Assembly (NCBI GenBank): GCA_023251535.1
Contig: JAHEYP010000014.1
Location: 11,726 to 75,725 of the forward strand
Reading direction: 5' to 3'
From: Bacteroidota bacterium
GTDB taxonomy: Bacteria; Bacteroidota; Bacteroidia; AKYH767-A; OLB10
Length of the DNA stretch: 64,000 nt
Both the position numbers and the translations under genes were made by a program. A model generated the notes under the pieces. It had not been told where the DNA came from. It ran no database searches and saw only the letters and a list, made by a program, of their open reading frames with translations. Shown here piece after piece: positions 1 through 8,121 of this stretch (positions are counted from its first letter, which is position 1; every line of letters begins with the position of its first letter).

Positions 1-2
1 GC

Positions 3-326
3 AATAGTATTTCGGCGTCATCATGTTTGTTCTTTAAGATTGACATCGGTTGCGGATTTCAAGTACTGCCTTCGATATTGGTGAATTATGAAAAGACGAA
101 GGGTGAGTACCTGAAGGATGTATTGCAGAGCCGTACAGGAATGCAAACCCTATTAGGTGGAGTTGGAGTGCAAGTATCATACAGGAAATTTGCTCTTGAT
201 ATTATGGCACAGAAAGCTATTAGCGAACCGAAGTCGAGCAATACGATGTTTACCACATTACGATCGGTGATAGGTTTAACCTATAACTTCTCGCAGGACA
301 ATTTTATCTTCCAAAAAAAAGATTAA
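3..326 (+). CDS. C-terminal fragment of a probable outer-membrane beta-barrel protein (5' truncated by window edge)
   Basis: Frame is open from base 3 (NSISASSCLFFK...) to TAA at 324-326; alternating hydrophobic beta-strand pattern ending ...IGLTYNF; lies upstream of an MbnP-family gene. Confidence 0.55.
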   Translation, partial: NSISASSCLFFKIDIGCGFQVLPSILVNYEKTKGEYLKDVLQSRTGMQTLLGGVGVQVSYRKFALDIMAQKAISEPKSSNTMFTTLRSVIGLTYNFSQDNFIFQKKD

Positions 327-340
327 AAATAGTCCAATCG

Positions 341-378
341 AAACAGGGCAGGGGATAAGTAGTTCTCCTGCCCTGTTT
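341..378 (+). terminator. Stem-loop, probable intrinsic terminator
   Basis: AAACAGGGCAGG ... CCTGCCCTGTTT perfect 12-bp inverted repeat just after the stop at 326. Confidence 0.65.
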
Positions 379-447
379 ATTTAGCGATAGTTGGCAATTG
401 TTTGATGCTCCCTTTTTTCGTAATATTGCAATACACAAAGTCAATCC

Positions 448-1239
448 ATGAAAAAGCAAAACTCCCTACTTCTATTCATTAGCGTGTTATTGATAACCTT
501 TTCGGCATGCAAGAAAGACGATGAACAATCGGGAGGAACAGGAAGCAATACCTCAACAGGATCAGCCAAAATTATCTTCAATAACATGGCAGGTTCGGTT
601 CCTTTGAATGTTGCGGGAGATTCGGTTTATACCAATTCATCGGGTGAGACTTTTACGGTTACGGCACTTCGATACTATGTTTCTAATTTCTCTTTTGTAA
701 AGGATGACGGTACTGTAGTTACTCTTCCAGCCGATTATTATTTGATAGATCAGTCGGGCAAGACGGGCTTCAAAAGAACCATCAGCGGACTTCCTGTAGG
801 CTCTTATAAAGGTGTACGATTCCTAATAGGAGTAGATAGTGCGAAGACCGTTCAAGGAGCTCAAACGGGCGATTTAGATCCGTCGAACGGCATGGTTTGG
901 GACTGGAATACCGGCTATATCTTTGTTAAATTGGAGGGGAATTCTCCGGTTGCAGGAACAATTGATAGCACTTATCAATACCATATCAGCGGATATAAAA
1001 CATCTAATAATACCTATGCTTTGCATTGGGCTGATATCTCATTTGGCAGTCAGCCGTTAGTTATAACAACAACAACTTTACCTCAACTTAACCTCAAAAC
1101 GGATATTCTGGAATTTTTCAGAAATCCTTATGATCTCTCAATTGTTGATAATCCTGTAGTCACAGCGAGTGGAACAACTGCAGTAAGTATTTCGAATAAT
1201 TATGCAGATATGTTCTCATTTGACCATATTCAAAACTAG
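448..1239 (+). CDS. MbnP-family (copper-associated) lipoprotein
   Basis: Lipoprotein signal (FSAC-KKDD); motifs LRYYVSN, RFLIGVDS, GDLDPSNGMVWDWNTGYIFVKLEG (WxW) and YHISG typical of MbnP family. Confidence 0.8.
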   Translation: MKKQNSLLLFISVLLITFSACKKDDEQSGGTGSNTSTGSAKIIFNNMAGSVPLNVAGDSVYTNSSGETFTVTALRYYVSNFSFVKDDGTVVTLPADYYLIDQSGKTGFKRTISGLPVGSYKGVRFLIGVDSAKTVQGAQTGDLDPSNGMVWDWNTGYIFVKLEGNSPVAGTIDSTYQYHISGYKTSNNTYALHWADISFGSQPLVITTTTLPQLNLKTDILEFFRNPYDLSIVDNPVVTASGTTAVSISNNYADMFSFDHIQN

Positions 1240-1496
1240 TTGACCATTACTTTTTAAGAGGCGTTAAATGCAAATTGCGAGGGAGCAGAATATGCAGTTT
1301 GTTGGTTTAAATCAAAATTTAAATTAAAATATATCGAGAGGTCACTCTGCGAGTTTTAATTTATTTCATTCATTAAATTAATATATATATTCATAAAATA
1401 TATTATTTAGTGTATTCGTATTTTCATGTATTCTATTAACATTGATATGTAGATAAGTGCATCACTCACGGTGTGCATTAACGAAGTCATGTGACG

Positions 1497-1504
1497 TAGC
1501 TTTG
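1497..1504 (+). promoter_or_regulatory. Bacteroidota -7 promoter element
   Basis: TAGCTTTG matches TAnnTTTG, 14 nt upstream of ATG 1519. Confidence 0.55.
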
Positions 1505-1518
1505 AGAAACTCCGGTAC

Positions 1519-4185
1519 ATGAAACGTGTTGTTAGCTCATCGATTATTTCAGTTGTCATCCTTTTGTTGGTGGCAGGTGGGTTTCTATACTATCAATATT
1601 ACCGTGGTGAGTCGTCGAAAGCCTTCGAGGCAGTTCCATCTGACGTAGCGTGGTTGATCTCAGTTGATCCTTCATCAGGGAACTTACAACAGTTAGCACG
1701 CACTGGATTTTTTAAGGAGCATGATTCCGTTCCTGTTCTTGATTCATGGTACAAAAGTTTGATTCGTCTCGATTCGGTGATGGTGAACAATAAAGTGATG
1801 AAGGATATTTTTAAGGATAGTCCTTTAATCATCTCAGGACATGTTACCGGTCCAAATAGCTTTAGCGAGTTGTTTTATATCCGCCTAGTGGGTGCCAATC
1901 CCGATGGCGAAGCCGATGAATTAGTAAAAGCATTACTGCATTCTACCGATGATATTCAACTAAGAAACTATAACGGGGTTGATATTCGCGAAATGACTAC
2001 TAGTGATCGTCAGACATTTTCGTGGACGGTTTCAAAAGGGATGTTTATTGGAAGCTATACTCCATATTTAGTAGAAGATGCCATACGTCAGCAGCGTTCA
2101 GCTAAGAGTCCTTCGCCTGCTTTGCGTTTGCTTCCTTTCACAGAAGGAAAAGAAAAGAGTTTATTGGTTGCGATTCGTTACTCAGGATTTTACAAGTGGG
2201 TAAGTTCGCAATTGAATGTCCAGGCAGGCATAAAAATGGATGCTTTACAGAGAGTAGGGGATTGGTCGATAGCTAAAATGGATTTGCATCCTAACCAAAT
2301 CACCTTTCAAGGTACAACGATCGTAAACGACAGTATTCAATTTTTATCGTTGTTTAGTGAGCAGAAAAGCGTTCCTATTAAAGTTACTTCGATCATGCCA
2401 TCACGTACGGCTGCAGCGGTAGTATGGGGAATTAGTGATCCTCAATTATGGTTAACGAACCTTGAGACCTATTTAAATCGCAATGCATCGGGTCCTGATG
2501 AGATAAAACGTAATGCAGGATATCGCAAATATTTTTCTGGATGGATGGGCAATGAAATTTCACTTATTGTGACTCAGCCTGTATCGACTGGAAACGACAA
2601 TCATTACTTTACTGCTATCAGTGTAAAAAACGAAGCTGTTTGTAAGAAACAATTGAGTGATTTATCGGCAACCGTTGCTGGTAGTACCAATGCTGAAGAA
2701 TCATATAACGGCAATGCTATACGTTATATTCCTGTTCCCGATGTGCTTCCTTCAGTTTTCGGGCCTTTATTCGGACGCATGAATCGTTGTTATTATACTA
2801 TCATTAATGGATACTTCCTTGCATCTAATCAAGTCTCGTCGCTAAGAGGTTATATTAATGACATAAAGACTAACAACCTCTTAAATTCTGATCCTCGTTT
2901 CTCTTCATTGGTAAGTGCTGTTCCTCAGCAAGGAAGTTTATTCTTTTATGGTAGTATACCTCAAAGTGAAAAAATATTCAGAAGCGTTGCAGCTCCTCAA
3001 TGGGTAAGCTGGTTAGCGAAATACAGTGAGAAATTGAAGAGCTGGAATGGACTCGTATTAAATATTGCAAGTAAAGACGGTGTATTTAATACCAATGGCT
3101 GTTTAGGATATTATGATGATGGAGTAAAAGGTCCACATTTAGTATGGAATACGAAGTTGGATACAACTATTGCAGCGGGTCCATTTATTCCTGTTAAAGA
3201 AGGTGATTTAATCTTTGCGCAAGATGAGCGTTTGCAATTATATGCTATAGGAAGGGATGGAGTAGTGAAATGGAAGAAAACCTTAGAAAGTACGATAAAG
3301 GGAAGCGTTAATGCAATAGATATGTATGGTGCAGGTGATCACCAATACCTTTTCAATACGGGTTCGTTTATTTATCTACTTGATTCGACCGGCGCTAATG
3401 TTGGGAATTATCCGATTCGATTGCCAGCAGGTGCGTCAGCAGGAATGTCGTTGCTACCATTAAATCCTTCTGTAAACGGACAATTCTTTATTCCATGTTC
3501 CAACATGCGTTTATATGGGTATTCTTATACTGGGAAGCCATTAGAAGGCTTTAGCACCGTTAAATTGCAAGATGTAGTACAGATGCCAGTTTGGTTATCA
3601 ACGTTAAATGGAGTTAGTTATTTAACGATAAATGATAAATCGGGAACTTGCTTCTTTGCCGATAAAAAAGGTGATCGAAAATTCACGCTAAAGGAAAAGT
3701 TAGTGGACATAAAAGAGAGTGCCATTTTCGCACCTGCTGATACATTAAGCTTATTCATGTTTTCACAAAATGGAGCAGTGAAGGTTGCTAAGGCTGATGG
3801 CATAACAGCTGATTTATTTATTACGGAGCAAACAGATATTTCTTCAATATTACCTATTGATGTTAATGGAGATAATGAAAATGACTTTTTGGTTTTCAAG
3901 CCGGGTGAAATTCAAGCAACAACTGCTGATGGTGTTGTGATTTTTAAATACAAAACCGATGCAGGAGAGTTGACTGATGCATCCATTTTAACATTACAAG
4001 GTAAGTCGTTAATTACTTTCCGCGGAGTGACCGACAACCGTTTTTACCTCTTAAACAGAAACGGAACGGTATACGAAGGTTTCCCTCAAGCAGGTATCAG
4101 TATACCGATAATTGTATCGGATAGTGAAATGATGTTTGTTGTGAAGTCGGATGAAAAAAGCTTGAGTTTATATCAAGTAGATTAA
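1519..4185 (+). CDS. Large membrane-anchored hypothetical protein (DUF3352-like N-terminal region, C-terminal PQQ/FG-GAP-like beta-propeller)
   Basis: 888 aa; N-terminal TM helix; C-terminal propeller-like motifs (LYAIGRDGVVKW, YLLDSTGANVGNYP, DVNGDNENDFL, YLLNRNGTVYEGFP). Confidence 0.6.
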   Translation: MKRVVSSSIISVVILLLVAGGFLYYQYYRGESSKAFEAVPSDVAWLISVDPSSGNLQQLARTGFFKEHDSVPVLDSWYKSLIRLDSVMVNNKVMKDIFKDSPLIISGHVTGPNSFSELFYIRLVGANPDGEADELVKALLHSTDDIQLRNYNGVDIREMTTSDRQTFSWTVSKGMFIGSYTPYLVEDAIRQQRSAKSPSPALRLLPFTEGKEKSLLVAIRYSGFYKWVSSQLNVQAGIKMDALQRVGDWSIAKMDLHPNQITFQGTTIVNDSIQFLSLFSEQKSVPIKVTSIMPSRTAAAVVWGISDPQLWLTNLETYLNRNASGPDEIKRNAGYRKYFSGWMGNEISLIVTQPVSTGNDNHYFTAISVKNEAVCKKQLSDLSATVAGSTNAEESYNGNAIRYIPVPDVLPSVFGPLFGRMNRCYYTIINGYFLASNQVSSLRGYINDIKTNNLLNSDPRFSSLVSAVPQQGSLFFYGSIPQSEKIFRSVAAPQWVSWLAKYSEKLKSWNGLVLNIASKDGVFNTNGCLGYYDDGVKGPHLVWNTKLDTTIAAGPFIPVKEGDLIFAQDERLQLYAIGRDGVVKWKKTLESTIKGSVNAIDMYGAGDHQYLFNTGSFIYLLDSTGANVGNYPIRLPAGASAGMSLLPLNPSVNGQFFIPCSNMRLYGYSYTGKPLEGFSTVKLQDVVQMPVWLSTLNGVSYLTINDKSGTCFFADKKGDRKFTLKEKLVDIKESAIFAPADTLSLFMFSQNGAVKVAKADGITADLFITEQTDISSILPIDVNGDNENDFLVFKPGEIQATTADGVVIFKYKTDAGELTDASILTLQGKSLITFRGVTDNRFYLLNRNGTVYEGFPQAGISIPIIVSDSEMMFVVKSDEKSLSLYQVD

Positions 4186-4197
4186 GCACTTAAAAAA

Positions 4198-4506
4198 TTA
4201 CATTGCATCGAAACACTTATAAAGTGTATTGATGAATTTCTGTTCCGCTTTAGCTTCATATTCATCGGGGGTAATCCATGATTTATCGGAAATGGATTTA
4301 ATGTCGAGTGAAGTTTGCGTGTCTGAAACAGGCTTAATTTCTAATTCGATTTTAATCGATGGTTTTAAAAGTTTTTTCTTGGTACTTGCCTTTATGATAC
4401 CAGTGTTTTGGTCCATTTCCTCAATAATAAAGTCGCGCTTAACTAGCGCTTTCAAACTCACCTTGTAGACTGAGTTTGAGTCGTAGAAGAAAGATATTTT
4501 GCTCAT
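4198..4506 (-). CDS. Hypothetical protein
   Basis: ORF track 4198..4536; ATG at 4506 (MSKISFF) is the likelier start; soluble alpha/beta pattern, no family recognised. Confidence 0.55.
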   Translation of the reverse strand: MSKISFFYDSNSVYKVSLKALVKRDFIIEEMDQNTGIIKASTKKKLLKPSIKIELEIKPVSDTQTSLDIKSISDKSWITPDEYEAKAEQKFINTLYKCFDAM

Positions 4507-4608
4507 AAAGAAATTGCCCTGAAACAAATGTAACAAACTAAGTTCAACATATCAACAACAAAAAATAATATTTGTTTCTTTCAAATGAAACAGGGAACGT
4601 TTGAAAAG

Positions 4609-4645
4609 AAAAAATCCCGAGACAATTGAATGTCCCGGGATTTTT
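4609..4645 (-). terminator. Intrinsic terminator after OmpA gene
   Basis: AAAAATCCCGAGACA...TGTCCCGGGATTTTT hairpin flanked by A/T tracts. Confidence 0.7.
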
Positions 4646-4674
4646 ATTTTAAGCTTTTCAGCTAAATTCTTGAA

Positions 4675-6174
4675 TTATTTTTGATCAACAGCGAAATCAA
4701 CGCGGCGATTCATAGCGTTCAACTTGCTAGCCATAGGATCTTTTTCTCCTTTACTTTCAGTTGTTAAGCGAGCTGCATCGATACCAAATTCGCTTACTAA
4801 GATTTTCTTCACGTTTTCTGCGCGACGTAGTCCTAGTTTTTGATTTTCGTTATCACCACCTTTCACATCGCAATTACCAGTAATAGTAATTTTAAGATCT
4901 GGGTTAGCCTTCATTACTTTAGCGATTACTAAGATACGATCGTGGTAGATATTTTTAACTCCAGCATTTCCTAAATCGAAGAATACGCTAGGTAAGAATC
5001 CTGTTCCGTTTTTACCGTTAGATCCAGATCCTGAAAGACCATCTTTACCAAATTCACCTGGTTTAGCTAAAGTAATACCTTGGAAGTTTACCAATGAACC
5101 TTGAGGAGTTCCTGGTTCTAAGTCGCGGCTATCAGCAACACCGTCACCATCAGTATCAGTTTCAGCACCATTTGCATCAACTTTAGCTCCTTTAGCAGTA
5201 AACGGATCAGCATCTTTACTGTCAATTACACCATCACCATCAGTGTCAACTGCAGTTCCGTCGCCATATACTTTCGCACCTTCCGGTGTATTATTGTCTT
5301 TGTCGAATAAGTCAGATACTCCGTCTTTGTCTTTATCTCCTGAAAGGATATCGATTTTCTCTTTCATGTCGGCAAGGTCGTTGTAAACAACTTCCATAGG
5401 GTTAACCCATTCCATCGGTTTGTTTTTCTTACCGAATGTATAGTTTACACCTGCTGTTAACATTAAGTAGTTATCGTATTCAGAGAAAGTTTTTACTGTA
5501 GCATCTACATTATCGGTGAAGGATTTTCTATATTCAAAAGCCATTCCTACATCAACTTTGTTGATTTTGTATTTAAATCCTAATGAAACAGGTACCATTA
5601 ATTCAGTAATGTTACCAGATTCACGAAGTATTCGGCTTCCTACAGAATCTTCCTTTACAGTTGCATCGAAATTGAATAATCCAATACCTAATGTGGCTAC
5701 CATATGAAAATTCTTATTTCTATCGAGGAAACTGATATTTCCAAAGTTATAAGTCATTTCTAATGAGCTTTCAAACATTTTACTTTCCATTACTTCACTG
5801 ATAGGATAAGTAGAAGAGTGATTAGATCCTCCAATAGAAACTGGTTGATTTGTTAATGTATCGAGATAATCAGCATCTCTTGCTCCAAATTTCGAAACGA
5901 TTCCGCGAGCACGTAATCCGATTGAGTGAGTTAATTGGTAGTGTACTTGGGCACCAAAAGCAGGCTTCATTTCAGCTTGCTCTAGGAAACGATTGTTATT
6001 TTGTTTGCCTTTCAAAAGGTCGCCTAACAAGTGACTAACGCCAACTGTTACTCCTGCCGATAAACGGTCGTATTCCTTCGTTTTTGGTAGTCCGTAATTC
6101 GTGTTGCCCGACTGCGCAAACAACTGTCCGCCGAAACATACTAACAGGACAAGTGGTAAGTGCTTGATTTTCAT
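4675..6174 (-). CDS. OmpA-family outer-membrane protein with thrombospondin type 3-like Ca-binding repeats
   Basis: Signal peptide from ATG 6174 (MKIKHL...LFAQ); N-terminal beta-barrel; three DxDxDGVxD repeats; C-terminal OmpA domain (VFFD..., LGLRRAENVK, NRRVDF). Confidence 0.85.
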   Translation of the reverse strand: MKIKHLPLVLLVCFGGQLFAQSGNTNYGLPKTKEYDRLSAGVTVGVSHLLGDLLKGKQNNNRFLEQAEMKPAFGAQVHYQLTHSIGLRARGIVSKFGARDADYLDTLTNQPVSIGGSNHSSTYPISEVMESKMFESSLEMTYNFGNISFLDRNKNFHMVATLGIGLFNFDATVKEDSVGSRILRESGNITELMVPVSLGFKYKINKVDVGMAFEYRKSFTDNVDATVKTFSEYDNYLMLTAGVNYTFGKKNKPMEWVNPMEVVYNDLADMKEKIDILSGDKDKDGVSDLFDKDNNTPEGAKVYGDGTAVDTDGDGVIDSKDADPFTAKGAKVDANGAETDTDGDGVADSRDLEPGTPQGSLVNFQGITLAKPGEFGKDGLSGSGSNGKNGTGFLPSVFFDLGNAGVKNIYHDRILVIAKVMKANPDLKITITGNCDVKGGDNENQKLGLRRAENVKKILVSEFGIDAARLTTESKGEKDPMASKLNAMNRRVDFAVDQK

Positions 6175-6272
6175 TAATATCGTGTTTTTTGGTGATTTGA
6201 TAGTGCAATAATAAATAAAAGTTGGATAAATGACCACATTTCAGCGCTTTAAGTGGCTGATTAATGCATTTT

Positions 6273-6926
6273 TCATCCCAAATCAGGCTTGATTCTTTGT
6301 AAGCCTTTAGGGTGGGAATTTTGAACAAGTTCAAGTAAATACCTCAAATGAGCTGGTTCTTCTACGAAATCGAGATCATCACTTTCAACAATAATTACAG
6401 AATCTGAAGGACTATGCTTTAGATGATGCAAGTACTGACCAGTAACTTTATCGAGATACTCACCTGGGATCGATTTCTCATAATCTCGTCCGCGTTTGGC
6501 AATATTGCTAAGTAAAGCAGGGGTCGTTTTATGAAGGTAAAGTATTAACTCAGGTTTATTTAACGATTGATTAATCATCATGAAAAATCGTCGGAATAAG
6601 TCCAATTCATGATTACTCAAATTTACTTGCGCAAAAAGCATCGATTTCTCGAAGATATAATCACTAATTAATAAATTATTCTGAGCAGTGCTTAATTCTT
6701 GTTGTGATTTTAATTGCTGATATCGTTCTGCTAAAAATGACATTTCTAGAGGGAATGCAAATCGCTCAGGATTTTCATAAAATTGAGGCAGAAAAGTATT
6801 GTCGGCGAATTCTTCTAATGCTAAATCGGCATTGAATTTAGTCGACATAATTTTAGCCAATGAAGTTTTTCCTGCTCCAATGTTTCCTTCTATGGCAATA
6901 TACGAATATGGTAAAGAGGTGTTCAT
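6273..6926 (-). CDS. Deoxynucleoside kinase
   Basis: IAIEGNIGAGKTSL P-loop, FLAERY, KRGRDYE motifs; downstream of folK as commonly seen in Bacteroidota. Confidence 0.9.
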   Translation of the reverse strand: MNTSLPYSYIAIEGNIGAGKTSLAKIMSTKFNADLALEEFADNTFLPQFYENPERFAFPLEMSFLAERYQQLKSQQELSTAQNNLLISDYIFEKSMLFAQVNLSNHELDLFRRFFMMINQSLNKPELILYLHKTTPALLSNIAKRGRDYEKSIPGEYLDKVTGQYLHHLKHSPSDSVIIVESDDLDFVEEPAHLRYLLELVQNSHPKGLQRIKPDLG

Positions 6927-6928
6927 GG

Positions 6929-7420
6929 TTAAGGTTGACTAAATAGCTTTACTTCACTTTGATCGTTGCATAAATCTAATAATTCAATATTACTTTTTTT
7001 TACTATCGGATGAATGTAATCGGCAGCAATATCACATAATGGCACTAACGTAAATCGTCGGTTGGCGATTTCAGGATGAGGAACGGTAAGATTTGTTGTA
7101 ATAATGACTTCCGTGTTGAAATATAAAATATCGAGGTCGATGGTTCTTGGGCCCCATTTCTCGTGCCTTACTCGCCCCAATTTTAATTCAGCTTCCAGTA
7201 AAATATTTAGCAGCGCTTCGGGAGAATGTGGCGTTGTGATTTTAATTACTTTATTCAGGAAGGAAGATTGATTGGTATTTCCCCAGGCTGCAGTTTCATA
7301 AACTTTTGATACTGCAGAAATTATACCTGCATTAGTTGCAATTAAGGCTTCTGCATCTAACAGCATTTTCATCCTGTCGCCAAGATTACTTCCCGATAAA
7401 ATGTAAGCAGTAGATTGCAT
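6929..7420 (-). CDS. folK: 2-amino-4-hydroxy-6-hydroxymethyldihydropteridine diphosphokinase
   Basis: GSNLGDR, YETAAWG, KWGPRTIDLDIL, PHP...RRFTLVPL motifs. Confidence 0.95.
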   Translation of the reverse strand: MQSTAYILSGSNLGDRMKMLLDAEALIATNAGIISAVSKVYETAAWGNTNQSSFLNKVIKITTPHSPEALLNILLEAELKLGRVRHEKWGPRTIDLDILYFNTEVIITTNLTVPHPEIANRRFTLVPLCDIAADYIHPIVKKSNIELLDLCNDQSEVKLFSQP

Positions 7421-7424
7421 AATG

Positions 7425-7432
7425 CAAAAGTA
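7425..7432 (-). promoter_or_regulatory. -7 promoter element for folK operon
   Basis: Reverse complement TACTTTTG matches TAnnTTTG just upstream of folK ATG. Confidence 0.55.
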
Positions 7433-7450
7433 AGATTCGATTTCTTTTTT

Positions 7451-7458
7451 TAGATTTG
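7451..7458 (+). promoter_or_regulatory. -7 promoter element for the 7544 ORF / TonB receptor unit
   Basis: TAGATTTG matches TAnnTTTG. Confidence 0.45.
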
Positions 7459-7543
7459 TACAGCTGTTTATTTTAGCCTTCCAACAGTTAATGATATTAG
7501 TTTATTCATTTATAGCCATATTACTTATTAACATTCAAAGTAT

Positions 7544-8056
7544 TTGAAAAAGTCATTGTCGGGCATATTTTTGGTGATTCTCCTTCTTCAAGGAGGCGGA
7601 TTTATGCTGCTATTACTTTTTCAACAACAGGCACTTAAATCCGAAATTCATTCGAAGATGAATCGTGGTGAGGTTGATTTCGAACAGATCGTTTTATCAA
7701 AAGCCGATTATCAAAAAGCTTTGGTCGAAGAAGGGGAGATTCTTATTGATGGAAAATTGTTTGATATTCAAAGTGAAACCATCATTCATAATAAAATTGT
7801 TTTAAGTGTTGTTTTTGATGAGAAGGAAGATGATGTTGTAAATGAAATTAAAAGCTTCATTCGAAGGAATTGCAGAAGTAATAAGTCTCTTCCCGATACT
7901 AGTGCGCATTTGTTTTCGTTAAGTTTTATCGGCACTACATATGCTTATTTTGTTCCTCTTTCATTTTCTTGTGAATTATATTCTTTGAGAAGTAAAATAT
8001 TTTTCTCTTGTCCTTCTTCTGAGGTTTTTACTCCTCCACCTCAGTTAATCGCTTAA
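7544..8056 (+). CDS. Hypothetical protein upstream of TonB receptor; N-terminal TM segment, C-terminal FTPPP motif
   Basis: 170 aa from TTG; hydrophobic N-terminus; EGEILIDGKLFDI, DEKED, ends SEVFTPPPQLIA. Confidence 0.7.
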   Translation: MKKSLSGIFLVILLLQGGGFMLLLLFQQQALKSEIHSKMNRGEVDFEQIVLSKADYQKALVEEGEILIDGKLFDIQSETIIHNKIVLSVVFDEKEDDVVNEIKSFIRRNCRSNKSLPDTSAHLFSLSFIGTTYAYFVPLSFSCELYSLRSKIFFSCPSSEVFTPPPQLIA

Positions 8057-8121
8057 TATACTGCTTTATTCACTTCGTGTATACGAAGTGTTGGTCTATT
8101 ATGTCTGATTAAATCATTACT

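Noticed and set aside
1240..1518. Possible ncRNA or riboswitch in a 279-bp AT-rich intergenic region with imperfect hairpins (about 1321-1362 and 1457-1478)
   Set aside because: No recognisable riboswitch or sRNA consensus; hairpins are weak and expected in very AT-rich DNA
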